Part shown: positions 31,062 through 40,403 of the stretch, piece after piece
Position numbering within the stretch: the first letter of the stretch is position 1
How the letters are laid out: every line of letters begins with the position of its first letter
Assembly: GCA_964504365.1 (NCBI GenBank)
Contig: CAZDDW010000003.1
Location: 8,031 to 72,030, forward strand
Reading direction: 5' to 3'
Source of the DNA: an uncultured Gammaproteobacteria bacterium
Lineage (GTDB): Bacteria; Patescibacteriota; Patescibacteriia; UBA9934; CAZDDW01
Length of the DNA stretch: 64,000 nucleotides
Notes under the pieces: model-generated
Database searches by the model: none
Told to the model about the DNA's origin: nothing
What the model saw: the letters and a program-made list of their open reading frames with translations, nothing else
Made by a program: the position numbers and the translations under genes

Positions 31062-31802
31062 TTATTTCTCCACCCGAACCACTTGATCAATAAACAAATT
31101 CAAAATCCGGTTTGCTTCTGGCGTTTCTTTAGATTCATTAATCACTTTATCCAATTCTTCGCTTTGTTCAAAATATTTCTTTTTATAAAAACTCATCCGT
31201 ACTACCACGTCTTTATGTTCCAACTCTGGATGAAACTGAATTGCATATATCGGCCGATCCTCAAAAACAAATACTTCGCAACAATTCTTTTTATGATTAG
31301 TAATAATATCTCTTGTCCCTGGTGGAGGTGCAATAACACTGTGGCTGTGTCCAATCTGAACAAAAAAACTTTCTGGCAAGTACCGAAAAATTGGATCGTC
31401 TTTTCCTTCTTCAGTGCAACGCATTTCAATCGTACCAATTTCCCGTAATGCAGGATCCTGAACAACCTCTCCACCAAAAGCTAAGGCAACTACTTCGTGT
31501 CCGTAACCGATAGCCAACATAGGAATTTTTTTATCATGAATTTCTTTAATTAATGCAATCAATTCTGGCAGCCTATCCATTTGTCCTTCTCCAGAAAAAT
31601 AATGTCCAGTCCCCGCCAAAATCACAGCATCCATATCATTAAGCAACGAAGGGTCTAACTGATCACGAAAAATATCAACTCGGAAAAAATTCTCTTGTGG
31701 CACATTTATTAAACGATCAAAACACAAAAACTCGTGTTCTTTCATTTCGTCTTCACGAACTTGCAGAAAAAGTATTTTTAAATTATTTCTGTTCTTGATC
31801 AT
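31062..31802 (-). CDS. Type 1 glutamine amidotransferase-like protein, catalytic Cys absent
   Basis: PMLAIGYGHE (canonical GICxGxQ), ALAFGGEV, QFHPE. Confidence 0.85.
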   Translation of the reverse strand: MIKNRNNLKILFLQVREDEMKEHEFLCFDRLINVPQENFFRVDIFRDQLDPSLLNDMDAVILAGTGHYFSGEGQMDRLPELIALIKEIHDKKIPMLAIGYGHEVVALAFGGEVVQDPALREIGTIEMRCTEEGKDDPIFRYLPESFFVQIGHSHSVIAPPPGTRDIITNHKKNCCEVFVFEDRPIYAIQFHPELEHKDVVVRMSFYKKKYFEQSEELDKVINESKETPEANRILNLFIDQVVRVEK

Positions 31803-31821
31803 ACATAAATATTCATATCAT

Positions 31822-32090
31822 AAAAAAGAAGAAGCGTCGACCCGACACATCTTCTGGACCAGCTATGCTGGCCTGCCATCCGAAGCTTTAGCGAAGGATG
31901 GCGCTCCAGCCCGGCTGGGCTGCAATGGCTCTGTATCTATTACGGATATACCTTGCCAGGTTACGCACTGATCAGCCGCGAAGCCAATGAGAACGCTCTG
32001 ACAAGACGCGAACCGGTTGGACCTTGCTAAAAAGCTTGATCCGAATGTTTGAAAATTTGACCCATAGCAGTTACCAACCGTCTGAAGCCT
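31822..32090 (-). ncRNA. Candidate ~265-nt structured RNA of unknown family
   Basis: TGGTATAAT promoter at 32095-32103, chain of hairpins, terminal hairpin plus U-tract, no ORF of 60 aa or more. Confidence 0.5.
31875..31902. repeat. REP-like palindrome (CGAAGCTTTAGCGAAG family)
   Basis: gccatcc-gaagctttagcgaa-ggatggc; related copies at 58098 and 59392. Confidence 0.75.
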
Positions 32091-32168
32091 TTATATTATA
32101 CCATTTTTTTGCTGTCTTTTGCGCTTTTCCGTATAAGTACGTATAAGAAAAAGAGGACAAGCTGTCCT

Positions 32169-32945
32169 CTATTGATCCACACGTTTTTCCACAGCTACAG
32201 TGGAAAAGTCAAAGCCAAAAACATGGGCCATGAAGAGCTGAAGCAGACCAGAGGCTTCAGGCGAAGGCTTAAGACCGTCATGGATTCGTTGCAGTGCATC
32301 GCGATCCTCTACGTACAAAGCCTTGTAGTAGGCCAAACGCTCTTTAAAGCTGTCTTCATCCAACTCAGCGTGGAACTGAGTGGCATAGATTGGCTTATCT
32401 GGAAAAGCAAAAGCCTGGACCAGTGAAGCTTCGCTGCGGGCCAAAACAACTGCCCCATCAGGCACCCTAGTAATGAAATCCTTATGCCCTTGCTGGGTAT
32501 TAAAACTACCGGGCAGCTGGGAGAAGATCGGATCCACTTGGCCCTCTTGGGTCAAGGAAACTGTGTAGCTTCCCATTTCCTGATCTTCTGGACGGTACTC
32601 GACTCGACCACCAAGTGCTTCAGCTAAAATCTGAGCACCAAAACAAATACCAAAAGTTGGCATGTTCTGTGTGGCTGCAGCACGAACCACCTCAAGCAAT
32701 TCTTGCCAATGTGGCAGGTCACCCTTGGACACAGCGAAAGATCCGCAGCCAGGTAACAAGAGAAGGTCATGACCATCAAGATCACTGACCCGAGGTGCCG
32801 TGGTCAGAGTATCAACTATCGTCAACTGATCTTCAGGAAGACCGCTGATTCGTTTTAGACATTCTAGTTCTGGACCTTTTGTGTCCGCTTCTCGGAATTG
32901 GTAGATGAGCACTTTCAGCTCCTTTGGTTGTTTTAAGGATTTCAT
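32169..32945 (-). CDS. Type 1 glutamine amidotransferase (GMP-synthase-like)
   Basis: GICFGAQ nucleophile elbow, ALGGRV, QFHAE. Confidence 0.9.
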   Translation of the reverse strand: MKSLKQPKELKVLIYQFREADTKGPELECLKRISGLPEDQLTIVDTLTTAPRVSDLDGHDLLLLPGCGSFAVSKGDLPHWQELLEVVRAAATQNMPTFGICFGAQILAEALGGRVEYRPEDQEMGSYTVSLTQEGQVDPIFSQLPGSFNTQQGHKDFITRVPDGAVVLARSEASLVQAFAFPDKPIYATQFHAELDEDSFKERLAYYKALYVEDRDALQRIHDGLKPSPEASGLLQLFMAHVFGFDFSTVAVEKRVDQ

Positions 32946-33042
32946 GTTTTCATGTTTTAATTATTTTCTCTTTTCTTTCATGGCCTCTGTTGAGACCAGG
33001 AAAGAGAAGAGCTGCGCGCTTGCATTGCGCGCAGCGTAGAAG

Positions 33043-34383
33043 TTAGAGAGGCAGGAACACTCGACTGCGTCGTGTCTCGATCCGATGCAATCGATCGTGG
33101 TAGCGGTGACGAACACCCTCAGCCTGATCACGATTGGCACCCACAAAGAACAGAGTGGCCTTGCCTGAACCGCGCCAGCAGCCCGGATTACCAGGAACGA
33201 TTCCAGGACGATCCGTACCGTCATAGAGCATCCCATCGACCCGATGATGAATCAGGTCTTCGTGGCCCATACCCTTAGGTATTTCAGTGTTCTCCATAAC
33301 CACACTGCAACTGCCACCGAAACGCGGAGCAACCTGATCAGCGAACGAGCAGACATACTTGGCCGCAGTACCGCGACCATTGATCTCGATCACGTAGACA
33401 AAGACCATTCCGGCGAAACGGATGACCAACAGGTCGATCCCAATAGTCCGAACCATTTCCTGGTCTGGTTGACCGCCACGACCAACACCCCGTCGAACAG
33501 CTTCGTTGCAAAACGGAATGATTGCTCGCATGATCGCCTGGTAGACTTGTACATCGACCAAGAACTGACCGACCGAGACAATATTGCCCTTGTGGGCATT
33601 GCCTTCGGTGATCTGCTGCGTTAGTTTGAGCAGTTTCCAACCGCCCAAACCAACAGCCACCTGGGCGCTGATCTCAGTCATATCGAACATGTCAGCCGGA
33701 TAAGCCGCCTCGATCACCAGTTGCTTGTGGCCATGCTCGGCCAAGAACTGAGCCACCTCAGCAGGATCCGTTCCTGGACCAACGAGCAAGTTGCTTGCTC
33801 CCCCATCAGCACCTGGGTCCTTGAGCATGACCGAATCAGTCTCCAGAACTTCGGCCGCCTCAGCCAAAACTTGTTGACGCAAGCGATCGAAATCGCCTAG
33901 ATTGCGAAACATGCTCCGCCAGGCCGTGAAGTGACCAGCTGCACCAGGCAAGAGTCGAGCACTGAGCTTGTGATCGAACAGTTCTGCCAGGTTTGGCTCG
34001 ATCGCCGCAGTATCACGGAAGCGCAGACCAAGCATCTGGCGAACCAAGAAGCTCAGCCGCGGGGTGAACAAACTCAACGGCCTTCCCTGCGCAACAGATC
34101 GTTGCACCTGTTGCAGCTCATCAGCGTAGCGCAGCAATCCCCGGGTCAGGTCACCACCAGGAACGACCACTAGCTGGTCAGCCCCAAGCTCGATCTGACG
34201 CATGTAGGCAAAAGTATCTTCGATATCCAGACGCGTCCCCTGCGTATCGGCACCAGTCACAGTCATGCCTGGGCAGACCAGGCTCCGGCTGGCGTAGTTA
34301 GCCAACCCACCGATATCAATCCCGCGACTCCGAAACGGAGTCATGTCGTCTACGTTCGTCTGCAGCCGCGTGAATGCGTCCAC
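33043..34383 (-). CDS. ATP-grasp ligase, Pgm1/peptide-ligase-like
   Basis: DHK, VMLK...DGGASN, LVIEA, IGIDLL, VIEINGR; GTG start after AGAGGGG SD. Confidence 0.75.
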   Translation of the reverse strand: MDAFTRLQTNVDDMTPFRSRGIDIGGLANYASRSLVCPGMTVTGADTQGTRLDIEDTFAYMRQIELGADQLVVVPGGDLTRGLLRYADELQQVQRSVAQGRPLSLFTPRLSFLVRQMLGLRFRDTAAIEPNLAELFDHKLSARLLPGAAGHFTAWRSMFRNLGDFDRLRQQVLAEAAEVLETDSVMLKDPGADGGASNLLVGPGTDPAEVAQFLAEHGHKQLVIEAAYPADMFDMTEISAQVAVGLGGWKLLKLTQQITEGNAHKGNIVSVGQFLVDVQVYQAIMRAIIPFCNEAVRRGVGRGGQPDQEMVRTIGIDLLVIRFAGMVFVYVIEINGRGTAAKYVCSFADQVAPRFGGSCSVVMENTEIPKGMGHEDLIHHRVDGMLYDGTDRPGIVPGNPGCWRGSGKATLFFVGANRDQAEGVRHRYHDRLHRIETRRSRVFLPL

Positions 34384-34691
34384 TGGTTTCCCCTCTTTGG
34401 TTAAAATGTGCACAAAACAAAACGACCTCACTCATGAGGCCGTCCCTGTTTACCAGATTATGTCTAAATAATCAAGAACGGCCTTATGAAATAAAGAGGT
34501 CAATAATAAGTCCTACGAACATGTCGCGGTCAACTTTTCCAATTTGTGTCGCAGGATAATTCATATCGAATGTAAATCTATCATACCTTATTTTTCCGGT
34601 CAAATTAAGGGGGGCTGTGGATAGTCGACCAGGCCTTGATTCTTTTCGCTCAATCAACTATAATATGGCCAAAATTAACCTAAGAATAATT

Positions 34692-35285
34692 ATGCCAGAA
34701 AATCCAAAACAGGAAAAAACTTTTCTGATGGTAAAGCCAGACGGTGTCAAACGCGGTATCATCGGTGACATTATCACTCGCTGTGAGCAGCGTAACCTGA
34801 AAGTCGTAGCAATCAAAATGGAACTTGCCACTCACGAGCAAATGGATAATCATTATCCAAAAGATCCAGCCTGGGTTACTCGAGTTGGTGAAAAAACCTT
34901 AAAGACCTATCACAAGGCTGGTTGGGATGCTAAGAATGAACTTGGTACTGATGACCCAGCAGAGATTGGTGCCATGGTCCGTAAATGGTTGATTGAATTC
35001 ATGACTTCAGCACCTGTAGTCAAGATGGTCATCCAAGGTGTGCGTTCTGTAGATATGGTCCGCAAGATCGCCGGATCAACCATGCCAGCTGATGCAGACA
35101 TGGGAACTATCCGCGGCGACTATTCAGTTGACACCGCATTAATCGCCAATGCTGAAAAACGTCCAGTACGAAACATTGTTCATGCTTCAGAGACACCAGA
35201 AGAAGCAGCACATGAGATTGAACATTGGTTTGATGCTGGCGAGATCTGTGAGTATAGTAGAAGCGAAGAAGAAATGCAGTTCTAG
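34692..35285 (+). CDS. ndk: Nucleoside-diphosphate kinase
   Basis: KPDGVKRG, GTIRGD, NIVHAS. Confidence 0.95.
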   Translation: MPENPKQEKTFLMVKPDGVKRGIIGDIITRCEQRNLKVVAIKMELATHEQMDNHYPKDPAWVTRVGEKTLKTYHKAGWDAKNELGTDDPAEIGAMVRKWLIEFMTSAPVVKMVIQGVRSVDMVRKIAGSTMPADADMGTIRGDYSVDTALIANAEKRPVRNIVHASETPEEAAHEIEHWFDAGEICEYSRSEEEMQF

Positions 35286-37660
35286 AAAATTAGCGGCTTG
35301 GATCGGATAACTTGATCCAAACCATCAGAAATCAAAAGTACATCAGCATCCAGGTCTGTTCGCCAGATCTGGATGTTTTGATCCTGTAGCCGCTGCAACA
35401 CAACCGGATGTGGGTGGCCGTAGGAGTTGTCTTCGCCAACAGTAATCACCGCGGTTTCGATATCAAGTAATTCTAAAAACCGGACTGAACTCGAGCTGAT
35501 ACTGCCGTGGTGCGGGACTTTGAGTACATCAATCTGATTTGAAACATTGCGCAGCACTTCGGCTTCTTGCTCTTGATACATGTCGCCGGTGAACAGAATC
35601 ACAGTCTCACCATGGGCTAACTCAATCACGATCGAGGTCTCGTTGACTTCGTCGATATTTTCATTTTCAAATGATTGATCAGGGAACACAGCTCGCAAAC
35701 CATAACCAAGATCCATTGAATCATCCACGATCGTCACCTGCCCCACCCTTTCTTCAAACGCGTCTAAATAACTTGACCGATAATTCACTCCGGTCATGAC
35801 CACCTGATCGATCTGGTAACGATCCAAAACTTCGATCAAACCAGAGATGTGATCTGAGTGCGGGTGTGTTGAAATAATCATGTCAATCGAACGATCCCAA
35901 AACGGCATAACTGCGCCCAGTTTCGATAACACAGCTTCTCCTGGACCGCCATCAATCAAAATCTGTTTGTTGTCAGGAGTTTGAATAAACACGGCGTCAC
36001 CTTGTCCGACATCAAAAAACCATACGCGGAGCTGTTTGTTTGTATTCAATGTTGAGCCAGTACTATCGAATGTTTGAAAACCAAAACATGCTACGAATAA
36101 AATTGTAAATGATGTGATCGCTAACCCCCAACGTCTACTTCCGTGAAAATGTTCTCGTCGCAATCTGGTTTTGCGATACAACCAGAACAACCAAGCGATC
36201 AGCGCTATCGCGATCACGCTGGCTACGACTTCACTCCAGGGAATCGACACGCTGGCGATCGAAAGTGAACCAAACCAGCGGATAATGTAAAGCATGGTTG
36301 ACAAGCATGTCCAGGCAGCAATTGAAACAAACGCGGCCAGCTTAGTCGAGATAAATCCAACAACGATCGCAATCGCACCAAAGCCCATGGCATACGGAAC
36401 CAGTGGCAGAACCAAGAAATTAACTAATGGCGATACGATCGAGAGCTGTCCAAACTGCAAAATGAGAATTGGCAAAGTCATGATCGTTGCTGCCAAAGTT
36501 GAAACGATCGCCTCGCGAAAACCTCCGGTCGCAGGAATGAATCGGAACTTGTGCTCGATCCGAGGAACAATCATAACCAGCCCGATCGTGGCTAAAAACG
36601 ATAACTGAAAACCAACGTCGTCGAGCAATAATCTTGGATTCACAAAAAGCATCGCCACCGCAGTCAGAGCCAGAATATTTCGCAACGCAGAATCATTTCG
36701 CGCTCGACCCAAAGACCGGCCAAAGACAACAATCAAGCCCATCACTCCAGCACGAGTCACGGCTGGATCAAACCCGGCAACAACAACGTAAATCCCAATC
36801 GCTCCAGCCACCAGAGCCAACGCTGTACGCCGGCGAAAGAGCAGAGCAACGAGGGCCAAGAATAAAAAGCGAGAAAAAATACTAACGTTATATCCAGACG
36901 CGGCTAGGATATGCGAAGTGCCAGTGTCAACAAAATCTTGTCGCAGATCAGAAGAGATTGAGCCCTTGCCCCCAAAAAGCAGGCCGGACAAAAAAGTCGA
37001 ATGTGGTTCAGAAAATATCTGTTCAGTTTTGTTGTATATCACTTGTTTAAAATCGAACAATGTTGATCGAAGTGTTGTCACCTGATTTGATCGAACATCA
37101 ACTGCATCCGGCCACCAACACACAGCAAGCACGCCGCGCGTACGCAAATATCGATCATAAGCAAACCCATCAAATGGTTCTGGTACTTCAAGCTCACATC
37201 GAAAAGCCACCTCGTCCCCGAAACTTATCGTTGGATACTTTGGCATCCAAACCATGACCTTGCCCAAAGCATGCTCATCAGCGACCAGAACATGATCAAT
37301 CGTCACCTGCTGCGACTGAGCTTTTTCAACCACCTCATCAGAAACAACACCTTCGATGCGCACTTCGCGATTCAAAGTATCAGAGACTAGAAACGCATCA
37401 ACTGGTAAAAAAACCTGTGAAAAGCGCCAAAGTCCAAGAAGAAAGAAAAAAAGAAATAAAAATACAAAACACATGGCACGACGTGCGACGTGCGACACGC
37501 TCACCACTACCCCAACCAAACACCCCAACATTCCACCAACCAACCACCCATTCCATAAAGGTTCACCAACTAACCCACCAACAAAAATCCCGAGCAAAAA
37601 CCCGAGCAACACCACGAACAAAGATCGTGAAGGAGATTTAACGATTGATTCCAACTCCAT
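35282..37660 (-). CDS. comEC: ComEC/Rec2 DNA uptake channel with C-terminal metallo-beta-lactamase domain
   Basis: GTSHILAASGYN, GFQLSF, DVGQGD, THPHSDH, KVPHHGS, YGHPH. Confidence 0.93.
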   Translation of the reverse strand: MELESIVKSPSRSLFVVLLGFLLGIFVGGLVGEPLWNGWLVGGMLGCLVGVVVSVSHVARRAMCFVFLFLFFFLLGLWRFSQVFLPVDAFLVSDTLNREVRIEGVVSDEVVEKAQSQQVTIDHVLVADEHALGKVMVWMPKYPTISFGDEVAFRCELEVPEPFDGFAYDRYLRTRGVLAVCWWPDAVDVRSNQVTTLRSTLFDFKQVIYNKTEQIFSEPHSTFLSGLLFGGKGSISSDLRQDFVDTGTSHILAASGYNVSIFSRFLFLALVALLFRRRTALALVAGAIGIYVVVAGFDPAVTRAGVMGLIVVFGRSLGRARNDSALRNILALTAVAMLFVNPRLLLDDVGFQLSFLATIGLVMIVPRIEHKFRFIPATGGFREAIVSTLAATIMTLPILILQFGQLSIVSPLVNFLVLPLVPYAMGFGAIAIVVGFISTKLAAFVSIAAWTCLSTMLYIIRWFGSLSIASVSIPWSEVVASVIAIALIAWLFWLYRKTRLRREHFHGSRRWGLAITSFTILFVACFGFQTFDSTGSTLNTNKQLRVWFFDVGQGDAVFIQTPDNKQILIDGGPGEAVLSKLGAVMPFWDRSIDMIISTHPHSDHISGLIEVLDRYQIDQVVMTGVNYRSSYLDAFEERVGQVTIVDDSMDLGYGLRAVFPDQSFENENIDEVNETSIVIELAHGETVILFTGDMYQEQEAEVLRNVSNQIDVLKVPHHGSISSSSVRFLELLDIETAVITVGEDNSYGHPHPVVLQRLQDQNIQIWRTDLDADVLLISDGLDQVIRSKPLIF

Positions 37661-38954
37661 AATAAGCAAATCCTTTTTCAAACAAATCCATATCAGCCAA
37701 TAAATTACGGCCATCAAAAATCACGGCCCGATGCATACCTTCACGCACACTGTTAAACTGCGCTGCTCGGAACTCTGGCCATTCAGTTAATACCAACAAA
37801 GCGTCGGCACCCTGCACCGCATCCAATGCAGAACCAGCAAGCTCAATCCGATCAGAGAAAATTTGCTTGGCATTCTCAGCTGCTTGCGGATCATAAGCAA
37901 CCACGTCCGCGCCCTCGGCAAAACACTTAGAAATAATATCGATCGCTGCTGACTCACGCACATCATCCGTCCCAGCCTTGAAAGCCAAGCCCCAAACAGC
38001 AATCCTCTTACCACCCAGCTCACCGATAACTGAACGCACCTTGTTTACAAAACGTTCGCGCTGCACGTTATTCACTTCAATTACCGAAGACAACAAACGA
38101 AAATCATGACCATTTTCCCCGGCCAGCTGATGCAAGGCAGTTACATCCTTAGGAAAACATGATCCACCATAACCAATCCCAGCCTTTAGAAACGAACTGC
38201 CGATTCTTCTATCCAAACCAATTGCCTGCGCCACCTGACGTACATCTGCTCCACTAGCCTCGGCCATGTTAGCGATTTCGTTGATAAAAGAAATCTTGGT
38301 TGCCAAAAAAGCATTGGCAGCATACTTGGTTAACTCAGAAGACTCTGGATTCATTACCAACTTCGGACACTCAATCGGTTTGTATAACTCCATGATCAAA
38401 TCCCCGGCCCAAAGTTGATCAACCCCAACAACAATCCGGTCTGGATGTAAAAAATCATTAATCGCTGAACCTTCACGCAAAAACTCTGGGTTCGAAGCAA
38501 CAACAACATTAACCAACATGGTATCACGACCAGAATCAACAACACCTTGATCAACTAATTTCTTTACCTGCCGTGATGTACCGACTGGAACCGTGCTCTT
38601 AGTAATCACGTAAGCATTATGTGCAACGTGCTGCCCAACCTCATAAGCCACCTGCTCAACAAAAGACAGATCAACTCGTCCATCAACTTTCGGTGGCGTA
38701 CCAACACAAATAAAAATAAACGAAGCGTTAGCCACCCCGTCTTTAATCGAATCTTTAAAATGCAGCTTCCTGGCCTGAACCCCATCGCTAACCAACTCAG
38801 CTAGGCCTGGCTCATAAAACGGCATCTTTCCAGCCTGCAACTGCCTGACCTTGTCCGGATCATTATCTACACAAACCACATTATGCCCGAAGCTAGCCAA
38901 ACAAGCTCCGGTTACCAAACCAACATATCCTGTGCCGATTATCGCAATTTCCAT
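37638..38954 (-). CDS. ugd: UDP-glucose 6-dehydrogenase
   Basis: IGTGYVGL, KSTVPVG, SNPEFLREG, GGSCFPKD. Confidence 0.95.
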   Translation of the reverse strand: MEIAIIGTGYVGLVTGACLASFGHNVVCVDNDPDKVRQLQAGKMPFYEPGLAELVSDGVQARKLHFKDSIKDGVANASFIFICVGTPPKVDGRVDLSFVEQVAYEVGQHVAHNAYVITKSTVPVGTSRQVKKLVDQGVVDSGRDTMLVNVVVASNPEFLREGSAINDFLHPDRIVVGVDQLWAGDLIMELYKPIECPKLVMNPESSELTKYAANAFLATKISFINEIANMAEASGADVRQVAQAIGLDRRIGSSFLKAGIGYGGSCFPKDVTALHQLAGENGHDFRLLSSVIEVNNVQRERFVNKVRSVIGELGGKRIAVWGLAFKAGTDDVRESAAIDIISKCFAEGADVVAYDPQAAENAKQIFSDRIELAGSALDAVQGADALLVLTEWPEFRAAQFNSVREGMHRAVIFDGRNLLADMDLFEKGFAYYGVGINR

Positions 38955-39008
38955 AGGTCGACACCTTACCAAAAAACTGGCCTTTACGCCAGATGATTTA
39001 TCAAGATA

Positions 39009-39218
39009 GCCGGCCACTTCTCTTGTCGTCAGAAATAAAGAGCCGAGGGGTTTTGAATTGTGGAACGATCGGAGGCCGGACTATCAAATCCACTCTATAA
39101 ATAAGTATCATTTTAATGTTCCGGCCGACGCCGAGCGAGGCAATGATCATTCTCGACCCAACCACCCTGCGGGCCGAGCGCTTCCACAATCAAAACCCTG
39201 AGGCTCCCGTGGCCGACC
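39009..39218. repeat. Palindromic composite repeat, copy 2
   Basis: Nested IRs gggttttgaattgtggaa/ttccacaatcaaaaccc; both ends shared with 21543-21734. Confidence 0.85.
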
Positions 39219-39222
39219 TAGA

Positions 39223-40401
39223 TTAGTCAATCATGTTAATAAACAGCGCTGCGATCGCGGCAAGGAAAAAGGCCCACGGCAAAGTAACAAAACCGAGCAA
39301 GATCAGCAGCGCAGCTATCATAACCACTCGCCCAATAGTAATCGCCATATCGCGAAGCACCGTATACTCGTCAACATAATGCCCAGCATCTGCAGCCTTC
39401 TCATACATCAGTGCATCAAACGGCGTTCGCATCATGATCAAGGCAAAGTTATGGAAGGTTGAAGCGATGAAGATAGTAAAGGCTGTAGTAACAAAAGCTT
39501 TGATTATCCAACCAATAGCGTAGATCCCGGTTCCAATCTTAAGCAATTTCTTTTTTGATTTGTGGTCAGCCAAGTCACCCATGACCAGACGTATAACCAC
39601 ACTAACCAAAACGATCAAGGTTGAAATAAAACCAACTTCTAAATAATTCCCGTCAAGAACCTCAAAAATGAATATCGGCCAGATCAGATAACCAACCATG
39701 CTCTGAGCACCGTCGGCCATGTAGGCCAAGAACATGTGTCGATGTTCTTTATCAAATAATTTTCTGAAAGTCTCAAAGTAACCAAAGCTATATTCTTCTG
39801 TGACGTGCTGTGAGAAAAACAAAGGTAAAACCGATGCTAGGATGATCGCCCCAGAAGCAAGGAACAATGAGTCATAACCAAACTTGACGATGATGAAACC
39901 GGCCACAAACGGCACAGCGATACTGACGAGTGACGAGATGCTCGACAAAAAGCCAATCGTTCGGCCACGATGACGACGATCAGTAAACTCAGCAAACTCG
40001 GTATGAAATGGAGTCCAATAAAGCATTCGCCAAATATTGTTCAGAGTCAGGGCAATACCAAGAAAAAGCCAAACGTTCTCGAAGTTATCAAAGAAGGCAT
40101 AAAAACCGTGACAGAGCCCGTAGGATAGAACCGCTAAAATCATCATCCACTTCAAACCGATCTTGTTCATTAGCTTGGCCCCGGGAACGAACAAGAAAAC
40201 GGTCAGTCCAAAGTTGATCATGAAGTACCAAAGCAGCACGGTCGGATCATTGCCAAAACTTTCGTACAAAAAAATCGGCAAGAACAGGCCAATCAGGCCA
40301 GCACCGAACTGAATAATCAAACGGTTTGAATACAACGAAACCATGCCCGCGCTAAACTGCGGATGGAATCGGCTGAATCCTCTCATTTTCCTCCAAGGCA
40401 T
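39223..40401 (-). CDS. MFS transporter
   Basis: About 12 hydrophobic segments; MFS motif-A-like GDLADHKSKK. Confidence 0.8.
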   Translation of the reverse strand: MPWRKMRGFSRFHPQFSAGMVSLYSNRLIIQFGAGLIGLFLPIFLYESFGNDPTVLLWYFMINFGLTVFLFVPGAKLMNKIGLKWMMILAVLSYGLCHGFYAFFDNFENVWLFLGIALTLNNIWRMLYWTPFHTEFAEFTDRRHRGRTIGFLSSISSLVSIAVPFVAGFIIVKFGYDSLFLASGAIILASVLPLFFSQHVTEEYSFGYFETFRKLFDKEHRHMFLAYMADGAQSMVGYLIWPIFIFEVLDGNYLEVGFISTLIVLVSVVIRLVMGDLADHKSKKKLLKIGTGIYAIGWIIKAFVTTAFTIFIASTFHNFALIMMRTPFDALMYEKAADAGHYVDEYTVLRDMAITIGRVVMIAALLILLGFVTLPWAFFLAAIAALFINMID

Positions 40402-40403
40402 AT

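Noticed and set aside
31822-32090. Identification as tmRNA, RNase P RNA, SRP RNA or T-box
   Set aside because: No tRNA-like ends or tag frame, no GAGGAAAGUCC, no SRP helix-8 loop, no UGGNACC.
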